From the NCBI GenBank assembly GCA_035387745.1, contig DAOOON010000015.1, forward strand, positions 12,825-17,833: a DNA stretch of 5,009 nt, written 5' to 3'. Made by a program: the position numbers and the translations under genes. Origin of the DNA: an archaeon (lineage in GTDB: Archaea; Iainarchaeota; Iainarchaeia; Iainarchaeales; CSSED10-239). This document shows positions 1 through 5,001 of this stretch, piece after piece; position 1 is the stretch's first letter, and every line of letters starts with the position of its first letter. The notes below the pieces were generated by a model. The model was not told the origin of the DNA, searched no databases, and worked only from the letters and a program-made list of their open reading frames with translations.

Positions 1-679
1 TTATCTTTAATTGTAAATAGAGTTTTTCAAGTCCATTTTCTGCTAAAAGCTTTGCGTCTTCAAAAGAAAGGGCTTCAAAATCACAAGTCAAATAATAATT
101 CAAATCAAAATAGTCTTTTTTTAGTTTTAGTATTTCCTTTAGTGCAGAAGAACGGTAATTATAAAACCAGAAATCATAGATTTCTTGGGTTAAAATATTT
201 TTTATTTCTGGTAAATCCATTAAATCTTGGACAACAATAAACTTTTGCTCCTTTCTCTGCGTATATTTTTGAATATCTGTTATTTTCTGCAAGTTTTTTT
301 CTTTAAATTTTTCGTCTCTGCAAGTTTTTTTCTTTAAGGCTTCAATCTTGATATTTGGGTAAACTGTTTTTATTTTTTCAATGATGTTTTGAAAATTTTG
401 ATTATAGTTCTCAAAGTATTTCCCCTCTAAGTAATCAAAAATTATTTTTTGCGGTTTTTGTTTCATTATCAATTCCAGACAAGATGCTAGAGTTTTTGGT
501 TTTTTAGAAGAAAAAAGCTCAAAGTCAAGGGACAAGAAAGAAAAAGAATTAAGAGAAAACGGAAAATATGGCATAAGCAGAGGGGGTTTTGGCGAATTGT
601 TGTTAGGTTCTTTGTCAATATTTTCGTCTTCCGCAGCAATTAGCGGAAAGTAGGGGGGTATTACAAGGATTGTTTTCAT
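1..679 (-). CDS. Hypothetical protein, N-terminal 226 codons. The 3' end lies beyond the left edge of the window. Not in the supplied ORF track.
   Basis: Hand translation of the minus strand from ATG (679..677) gives 226 codons with no stop, down to position 2: MKTILVIPPYFPLIAAEDENIDKEPNNNSPKPPLLMPYFPFSLNSFSFLSLDFELFSSKKPKTLASCLELIMKQKPQKIIFDYLEGKYFENYNQNFQNIIEKIKTVYPNIKIEALKKKTCRDEKFKEKNLQKITDIQKYTQRKEQKFIVVQDLMDLPEIKNILTQEIYDFWFYNYRSSALKEILKLKKDYFDLNYYLTCDFEALSFEDAKLLAENGLEKLYLQLKI... An open frame this long in DNA this AT-rich is unlikely by chance. The composition is protein-like, unlike the shadow ORF at 52..240 (+). The layout weakly recalls the Rossmann-like N-terminal module of B12-binding radical SAM enzymes (MKxxLVxPP start, then an LxxAGL-like segment). 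No CxxxCxxC motif is visible, so no family is assigned. Confidence 0.6.
   Translation of the reverse strand, partial: MKTILVIPPYFPLIAAEDENIDKEPNNNSPKPPLLMPYFPFSLNSFSFLSLDFELFSSKKPKTLASCLELIMKQKPQKIIFDYLEGKYFENYNQNFQNIIEKIKTVYPNIKIEALKKKTCRDEKFKEKNLQKITDIQKYTQRKEQKFIVVQDLMDLPEIKNILTQEIYDFWFYNYRSSALKEILKLKKDYFDLNYYLTCDFEALSFEDAKLLAENGLEKLYLQLKI
286..337. repeat. Perfect 21-nt direct repeat, two copies (TCTGCAAGTTTTTTTCTTTAA at 286..306 and 317..337), spaced 31 nt apart
   Basis: Read directly from the sequence; both copies are identical over 21 nt. Both lie inside the minus-strand ORF. The 31-nt spacing is not a multiple of 3, so the copies are read in different frames: LKKKTCR versus (F)KEKNLQ(K). 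Confidence 0.9.
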
Positions 680-739
680 AGTAGAAAACTTTTGGCTTGA
701 ATTAAATATTTTGTGAATTTGAAGCTTTATATATGTTTC

Positions 740-756
740 TCACAAAATTTTTGTGA
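740..756. promoter_or_regulatory. Perfect 17-bp palindrome TCACAAAA-T-TTTTGTGA, a candidate operator for the adjacent Lrp-type regulator
   Basis: The 8-bp arms at 740..747 and 749..756 are exact reverse complements around a central T748. The half-site TTTTGTGAA recurs at 709..717, 40 nt upstream of its copy at 749..757. The architecture (GC-containing half-sites flanking an A/T core) matches that described for Lrp-family binding sites. The palindrome directly abuts the AAAACGCAAT-TATA element of the downstream gene. Confidence 0.5.
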
Positions 757-773
757 AAACGCAATATTTATAT
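756..773 (+). promoter_or_regulatory. Putative BRE plus TATA box (AAAACGCAATATTTATAT) for the Lrp-like gene
   Basis: A purine-rich segment precedes TTTATAT (767..773). The TATA centre is about 27 nt upstream of ATG 797, consistent with a leaderless archaeal transcript. No Shine-Dalgarno sequence is seen before 797. Confidence 0.5.
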
Positions 774-796
774 GCATTTTTCTCATAAATACAAAT

Positions 797-1804
797 ATGC
801 AGGAAATAGACAAATTTGACATGCGTTTTTTAGTAGAGTTAGAGAAAGATTCCAGGCAGCCAATCTCTAATATCGCAAAGCTTCTTAAAACCTCACAGCA
901 AGTCTTAAGTTATCGCCTAATTAATTTAGAAAAACGTCATATAATTCTTGGTTTTTACACAGTTATTAATTTTGTTAAATTAGGTTATACCAGCTACAGG
1001 ACAATGATAAGATTAACAAATATTTCTCCAGAAATTCAAGCAAGGCTAATTTCTTTTATAAAAGAAGACAACAATGTATCTTATCTTGCAGAATGTACAG
1101 GACACTGGGATTTGATTGTTGATTATCTTGCAAAGAACATTGTTCAATATTATTCTTTCTTAAAAGACATAAGAGAAAAGTTTCCGGAGAATATTGGAAG
1201 CATAGATGTTCTAACAACTCTTGAAAACATATATTTTGGCAGAGATTATTTTGCAAAGAAATACAGAGAAATAAACAAGAAATCATTTATTGACACAGAT
1301 TATCTAACCACAGAAAAATTAGATAATTTAGATTTAAAAGTACTTTATGAAATATCTAAAAATGCAAGAGTCGGTGCTATGGAGCTTGCAAATAAAGTTA
1401 AGACTTCTCCAAACACCATAATCTACAGAATAAAGAGCATGCAGGATAGAAACATAATCGAGGGCTTTAAACCATATCTAAATATTGAGAAGACCGGAAG
1501 ATTTGCTTACAAGTCTTTAATAAAGTTCAATAACATTAATGAGCAAGCAGAAGAGCTGTTGATTACTTTTCTTCAGAATAATCTGTGTGTCTTTGATATC
1601 ACAAAGGTTATTGGTTATTGGGATTTTGAGATTGACTTTGAAGTTAAAAACTCAGATGAGATGATTGATTTTACAAGAACAGTAAGAGAGAATTTTAAAG
1701 ATTTAATAAAAGAGTTTGAAACAACCCCAATCTATAAAGAACACATTTTCAATTATTTCCCTGGAGATCTTCTGTCTCCTGAGAAGAAAAGTAAGAAGAA
1801 ATAA
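797..1804 (+). CDS. Tandem (two-module) Lrp/AsnC-family transcriptional regulator, 335 aa
   Basis: The track ORF 713..1804 starts at a GTG. Its first 28 residues (MNLKLYICFSQNFCENAIFICIFLINTN) overlap the promoter elements and look non-native, so ATG 797 (MQEIDKFDMRFLVELEKDSRQPISNIAKLLKTSQQVLSYRLINLEKRHIILGF...) is preferred. That segment is the classic Lrp/AsnC N-terminal HTH followed by an effector-like domain (YLAECTGHWDLIV). A second full module starts near nt 1316: LDNLDLKVLYEISKNARVGAMELANKVKTSPNTIIYRIKSMQDRNIIEGF... followed by ITKVIGYWDFEID. The two halves align along their whole length. Confidence 0.85.
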   Translation: MQEIDKFDMRFLVELEKDSRQPISNIAKLLKTSQQVLSYRLINLEKRHIILGFYTVINFVKLGYTSYRTMIRLTNISPEIQARLISFIKEDNNVSYLAECTGHWDLIVDYLAKNIVQYYSFLKDIREKFPENIGSIDVLTTLENIYFGRDYFAKKYREINKKSFIDTDYLTTEKLDNLDLKVLYEISKNARVGAMELANKVKTSPNTIIYRIKSMQDRNIIEGFKPYLNIEKTGRFAYKSLIKFNNINEQAEELLITFLQNNLCVFDITKVIGYWDFEIDFEVKNSDEMIDFTRTVRENFKDLIKEFETTPIYKEHIFNYFPGDLLSPEKKSKKK

Positions 1805-2332
1805 TTATTCTGTTTTTTCTTTCTTTGGGAAGATTTTTATTGTAATGCTAAATATCATTCTTGCTACAAATTCTATAATTACAATGAACACAAAATAATA
1901 TACTAACAATGATAATTTAGAAGGTATGTCTTTTAATAATTCTATAACTGTAGGCATAGAGAAATAAGAAACATTTACTAAAAATATTCCAAGAAGTGTA
2001 AATGGAAGCATCTTTGCTAAATCTCTAGATAAGTCTTCGTCGTGATATGCTGTAATTCTTATTGCTCCAATTAATGCAATAGCAGTTAACAATATTGTTT
2101 CAATGGTTAGTCCTTCTGCTAAGAAAGAAAGGATTATTGTTAATACTACAAAACTAAAGAAAATTATAATTGGTGTAAAAAAGAGATACTTTATAACATA
2201 TAAAATATTATAGAATAGTTTTTTAAAAAAAGAATTTTTCGCATCTTTGTATTTTTCTAAACTTATAGAAACAATGTCTCTTTTGGCAATAAATCTATAG
2301 AATTTAAAAATAAATATAGAGTAAATAACCAT
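1805..2332 (-). CDS. Multi-pass integral membrane protein of unknown function, 175 aa
   Basis: Four to five hydrophobic stretches of transmembrane length: FFTPIIIFFSFVVLTIILSFLA, IETILLTAIALIGAIRITA, MLPFTLLGIFLVNVSYF and LSLLVYYFVFIVIIEFVARMIF. There is a short charged loop (YHDEDLSRDLAK) and a Lys-rich C-terminal tail. No family motif was recognised. A TATA-like AT-rich segment lies about 27-30 nt upstream of ATG 2332, around 2358..2368. Confidence 0.7.
   Translation of the reverse strand: MVIYSIFIFKFYRFIAKRDIVSISLEKYKDAKNSFFKKLFYNILYVIKYLFFTPIIIFFSFVVLTIILSFLAEGLTIETILLTAIALIGAIRITAYHDEDLSRDLAKMLPFTLLGIFLVNVSYFSMPTVIELLKDIPSKLSLLVYYFVFIVIIEFVARMIFSITIKIFPKKEKTE
1808..1838 (+). terminator. 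Oligo-T tracts immediately after the Lrp-like stop codon, a candidate archaeal intrinsic terminator
   Basis: A T6 run at 1813..1818 sits within a T-rich tract from 1808 to 1826 (TTCTGTTTTTTCTTTCTTT). A T5 run follows at 1834..1838. Archaeal RNA polymerase terminates at oligo-T stretches. These tracts lie inside the last codons of the convergent membrane-protein gene. Confidence 0.35.
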
Positions 2333-2406
2333 TCCTATAACAAAGAAAGCAAGTGGTTTTAATATTTCTATAGCGTCCGCAAAATTTATTGAAATCAGAG
2401 ATATAT

Positions 2407-2427
2407 AAAACGCAATTATATTTATAT
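2407..2427 (+). promoter_or_regulatory. Second copy of the AAAACGCAAT-[TAT]-ATTTATAT promoter-like motif, plus-strand oriented, overlapping the helicase stop codon
   Basis: AAAACGCAAT at 2407..2416 is identical to 756..765. ATTTATAT at 2420..2427 is identical to 766..773, with a 3-nt TAT insertion between the two blocks. In the plus orientation it would start transcription near 2451, antisense to the helicase 3' end. Alternatively, the reverse-complement TTTATATAT (2409..2401) could serve the downstream membrane-protein gene. Confidence 0.3.
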
Positions 2428-4332
2428 TTGTTTTGTTGTAGTTTTTTTACTAAAAAATTCTTCTATCTCTATTTTAAGGTCTTTACTAATAACAAACTGC
2501 ATATCCTTTGGGAAACATTTTCTATAGTTCTCCCAATGGAATCTCGCATCAATAAAAACAATTACTCCTTTGTCTGTGTCTGTTCTTATGACTCTTCCAG
2601 CGCTCTGAATTACTTTTTGTATTGCAGGATGAATATAAGCATAGTTCCAGCCATTTCTAAACTTAATCTCATAATAGTCAATCTTTGCTTTTGTCTCGAT
2701 CTCCATCTTTGCAAGAGGTATTCCAACAATCACTGCGCCGATAAGAAGATTACCAGGAAGATCAATTCCTTCAGAAGCTTTTCCCCCCATTACAGCCATT
2801 AGTACGCTTCCAAACTTTTTAGAGTGTTTCTTAAACCCAAGAATCATTTCTTCAAAGTCCTTGCTATCCATTCTTTCTTCTTGAACAATAGTTGGTTTAT
2901 TACAATTAATTAATGGAATAATATCTCCTAAAACTTCAAAGCTTGGAAAGAAAACAACACAGTTACCAGGAATTGCATTTACACACTTCTCAACGTGGCT
3001 TGCAATCTTTTTATACTCTAAATTGTTTCTTTGCGTGTATTTTGTAGAAACATCAGTAATCAAAAGATTTAGTCTTTTTTCTTTTTCAAATGGCGAAGAA
3101 TATTCTTTTGTTGTTGTTTCTTCTTTTTTCAATCCTAAGATATCTGTATACATTGAAAGCGGAGTAAGTGTTGCTGACATCAAGATTGAAGAATAGCAGT
3201 TTTCAAATATTTTCTTAGTTAGTGGAGAGACATCTAAAGCATTATACTTAACACTAATCCCGTTCTTTTCTTTTCTTATAAACCGGATGTGCGCATCTTT
3301 TTCTTTTATCCATTCTTCAAGGAATAACCCTACAGAGATAAGAGCAGAGCTGCTTTCTTTTAGGTCTTCAATATACTTAAGTCCTGATTCATCAAGTTCT
3401 TCAATAACTGAAATAACGTCTTCTCTAATTTCTTTTATCAAGATTTCTTCTTTTTCGATTCTATCTTCTTTTATTTTTTCTAGTTTTTTTTCTGCAATTC
3501 TTTCGATGTGGTCTAGTTGTTTTTCAATAAGGTTTTTAAGTTTGTTATTCTTGATTTCTTTTGCTTCTTTTATTGCTCGATGAAGCGTATTTGTGTTTAA
3601 GGATTTAGAAATCAGTTTCAAAAGTCTGTCCTCAAGGTTATGCGCTTCGTCAATAACAATTATACATTCTTCTAAGTTGACTCCAATCTCCGAAAGTGTT
3701 GATTCCATAACCTTGCTTGAGAAAACATGATAGTAGTCTGCAATAATAACTCTGCAGCTTTTAGCAAAAAGTTTTGCAAGCTCATATGCACAAACAGGCT
3801 GTCTTTCTCCTGTTGCGCTCTTTAGTTCTTCTGCTATCTTTTTAATTTCAAGATGTGTTAAGACTTCTTTTTCTGATAGCTTCTTTTCTAAAAGATAAGC
3901 TAATAAGTCTCTTTGTCCTTTGTTACTTGGTCTAATATTTTCAAAAAAAGGGCATTGTTTTTTTTTGCACGCCATAAGACAGATTTCATAAAAGTTAGAA
4001 TCGGTTCTTGAGATGACTGGCTCGATGCACATGTTTTTCTTTCCAACAAAGTCAATGGCTTTAATCTTTAAGTCATATTTATCGTTAAGATCATCAATAA
4101 CTTCTAAAGCAATCTTATGTTGAGATATCTTTGGAGTCAAGAAAAGAACTTTCAAGTCCTTCTCAATAGCCAAGGTGATTGCTGCAGAAAGAGCAGAGTC
4201 TGTTTTTCCAGTCCCTGTTGGTGCATGCACAAGTATGTTTTTCCCTAAGGAAATACTCTCATAGATATCCCTAATGATATCCTTTTGTCCTTTTCTAAAA
4301 GAATCATGTCTAAAATAAAGTTGCGCTTTCAT
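2422..4332 (-). CDS. xpd: XPD/Rad3-family (DinG-like) superfamily 2 5'-3' DNA helicase with an Fe-S cluster domain, 636 aa
   Basis: Motifs verified in the nucleotide sequence: Walker A HAPTGTGKT (nt 4227..4201) and DEAH box in VIDEAHNLED (DEAH = nt 3651..3640). Other motifs seen: Q-motif-like FRKGQ, motif III SILMSATLTP, motif IV VVFFPSFEVL, motif V MGGKASEGIDLPG and motif VI QSAGRVIRTDTDKGVIVFIDARF. A cysteine cluster sits between motifs Ia and II (C102, C118, C122, C127, C181; nt 4029..3790), as in the XPD 4Fe-4S domain. A Lys/Glu-rich helical insert (residues about 250-310) sits where the Arch domain would be. Confidence 0.93.
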   Translation of the reverse strand: MKAQLYFRHDSFRKGQKDIIRDIYESISLGKNILVHAPTGTGKTDSALSAAITLAIEKDLKVLFLTPKISQHKIALEVIDDLNDKYDLKIKAIDFVGKKNMCIEPVISRTDSNFYEICLMACKKKQCPFFENIRPSNKGQRDLLAYLLEKKLSEKEVLTHLEIKKIAEELKSATGERQPVCAYELAKLFAKSCRVIIADYYHVFSSKVMESTLSEIGVNLEECIIVIDEAHNLEDRLLKLISKSLNTNTLHRAIKEAKEIKNNKLKNLIEKQLDHIERIAEKKLEKIKEDRIEKEEILIKEIREDVISVIEELDESGLKYIEDLKESSSALISVGLFLEEWIKEKDAHIRFIRKEKNGISVKYNALDVSPLTKKIFENCYSSILMSATLTPLSMYTDILGLKKEETTTKEYSSPFEKEKRLNLLITDVSTKYTQRNNLEYKKIASHVEKCVNAIPGNCVVFFPSFEVLGDIIPLINCNKPTIVQEERMDSKDFEEMILGFKKHSKKFGSVLMAVMGGKASEGIDLPGNLLIGAVIVGIPLAKMEIETKAKIDYYEIKFRNGWNYAYIHPAIQKVIQSAGRVIRTDTDKGVIVFIDARFHWENYRKCFPKDMQFVISKDLKIEIEEFFSKKTTTKQI

Positions 4333-4674
4333 TTATTGTTTCTTCTTAAATCCAAAGATTTGGTTGTATTTTTCGTGGTCAACAAATTCTACAATCACAA
4401 CAACAATTTCAATTTCGCCAGTTCCTGTAATTGTATATAAAAGTCTCCAATAGTCTGCTAGTCTTACTTTAAATAAAAATTTAATATTGTATTTTTTTAA
4501 AAACCATTTTGGTATTTGTTTAGATTTTATTGGTTCTCCAAAATGAGGGTCTTGTTTAAGCAATTCTATTTTTTCAGCAATAGATTTACTAATCATTTTT
4601 CCAAGTTTACTATTATCTTTATTTATCTCTGAAATTGTCTTTTTGGCAGTTTCAGAAAATCTAATTTCTACCAT
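4333..4674 (-). CDS. RelE/ParE-superfamily type II toxin (mRNA interferase-like), 113 aa
   Basis: MVEIRFSETAKKTISEI...IAEKIELLKQDPHFGEPIKSK...LFKVRLADYWRLLYTITGTGEIEIVVVIVEFVDHEKYNQIF follows the RelE/ParE pattern: a short N-terminal beta strand, a helical hairpin, the core (R/K)(L/V)RxGDYR(I/L)IY-like strand, and a C-terminal H/R-x-x-x-Y. It resembles archaeal RelE. The track start at 4680 is a TTG; ATG at 4674 is preferred. It is preceded by AGGA (4685..4682) with a 7-nt spacer. It overlaps the upstream ORF by 14 nt, typical of antitoxin-toxin coupling. Confidence 0.75.
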   Translation of the reverse strand: MVEIRFSETAKKTISEINKDNSKLGKMISKSIAEKIELLKQDPHFGEPIKSKQIPKWFLKKYNIKFLFKVRLADYWRLLYTITGTGEIEIVVVIVEFVDHEKYNQIFGFKKKQ

Positions 4675-4978
4675 ACACAATTCCTTTTTTGATAATGTCT
4701 TTTAGTTTTTTTGTTGCGGGATGTATATAAGTTATTCCTTTTTTAGAATATATTATTTGGTTTGTGTGTTGAAAATATTTTAATATTTGTTCTAAATGTT
4801 CCTTGCTCACTTTATCCTTAACCTTTTTTTCAAGTTCTTTTTCTTTCATGATTGCTTCAGGATATTTTTCAAGTATGTCTCTTATAAAGAACACTTCGCT
4901 ACCAGTAGGGTAATAATCAATCATTGGTTCTTTAAGTTTTTTTGTTTTCTTTTCTTTAACAACATATTTTGTAGTCAT
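4661..4978 (-). CDS. Putative cognate antitoxin: basic 105-aa protein with no recognised family and a possible C-terminal winged-helix
   Basis: It sits immediately upstream of the RelE-like gene and overlaps it by 14 nt (its TAG is at 4663..4661; the toxin ATG is at 4674..4672), which is the canonical antitoxin position. The protein is Lys/Glu-rich. The segment VSKEHLEQILKYFQHTNQIIYSKKGITYIH looks like a recognition helix plus beta-hairpin wing. No RHH, Phd, AbrB or Xre-type motif was recognised. Confidence 0.6.
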   Translation of the reverse strand: MTTKYVVKEKKTKKLKEPMIDYYPTGSEVFFIRDILEKYPEAIMKEKELEKKVKDKVSKEHLEQILKYFQHTNQIIYSKKGITYIHPATKKLKDIIKKGIVYGRN

Positions 4979-5001
4979 AATAATAATAGTACCAAAAACA
5001 G

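Larger units (their letters stand above)
680..796. promoter_or_regulatory. Divergent intergenic promoter region between the left ORF (-) and the Lrp-like gene (+), with three TATA-like boxes
   Basis: This is the only non-coding DNA between two divergent starts (679 and 797). TATA-like elements are TTAAATAT at 702..709, TTTATATA at 726..733 and TTTATAT at 767..773. The first is centred about 27 nt from the minus ATG at 679. The third is centred 27 nt from the plus ATG at 797. This matches archaeal TATA-to-start spacing and implies leaderless mRNAs. TATA-like strings are common in DNA this AT-rich, so assigning a specific box to a specific gene is tentative. Confidence 0.5.

Noticed and set aside
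52-240. Plus-strand ORF of 62 aa
   Set aside because: It lies entirely antisense to the much longer open minus-strand frame (679..2). The product is low-complexity (N/S/L/F-rich), which is typical of a shadow ORF in AT-rich DNA.
713-796. GTG-initiated N-terminal extension of the Lrp-like ORF (28 extra residues, MNLKLYICFSQNFCENAIFICIFLINTN)
   Set aside because: The extension covers the palindrome and the TATA-like promoter elements, and is hydrophobic and Cys-rich, unlike Lrp N-termini. The conserved Lrp HTH begins right after ATG 797, which has the expected 27-nt TATA spacing.
1056-1286. Minus-strand ORF of 76 aa
   Set aside because: It is antisense and wholly inside the well-supported Lrp-like CDS. 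The L/C/Q-rich composition is typical of a shadow frame.
1716-1898. Plus-strand ORF of 60 aa spanning the convergent gene junction
   Set aside because: It is out of frame with the Lrp-like 3' end and antisense to the membrane-protein gene. It has no start context or recognisable motif.
2371-2384. Small GC-rich island (TAGCGTCCGCAAAA) in the helicase/membrane-gene spacer, considered as a terminator hairpin
   Set aside because: Only a 3-bp stem with a 2-nt loop can be drawn, which is too weak to call a structured terminator.
2389-2802. Plus-strand ORF of 137 aa antisense to the helicase 3' end
   Set aside because: It starts at a TTG. The F/L/Y/C/S-rich composition is what the antisense of a K/E-rich gene produces. 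The helicase frame opposite carries conserved motifs V and VI. The promoter-like motif nearby is retained as a possible non-coding antisense start, not as support for this ORF.
3400-3560. T-rich, quasi-repetitive nucleotide stretch that could suggest a repeat array
   Set aside because: There is no exact periodic unit. It is explained by coding for a K/E/I-rich coiled-coil-like insert (KEAKEIKNNKLKNLIEKQLDHIERIAEKKLEKIKEDRIEKEEILIKEIRED) in the helicase.
3287-3583. Plus-strand ORF of 98 aa, very Ser/Phe/Ile-rich
   Set aside because: It is the antisense shadow of the Lys/Glu-rich Arch-like helical segment of the helicase.
4675-4680. TTG start for the toxin ORF as given in the track (MCMVEI...)
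   Set aside because: An in-frame ATG two codons downstream (4674) has an AGGA at appropriate spacing and still gives the typical overlap with the upstream gene. The TTG start is not excluded, only less likely.
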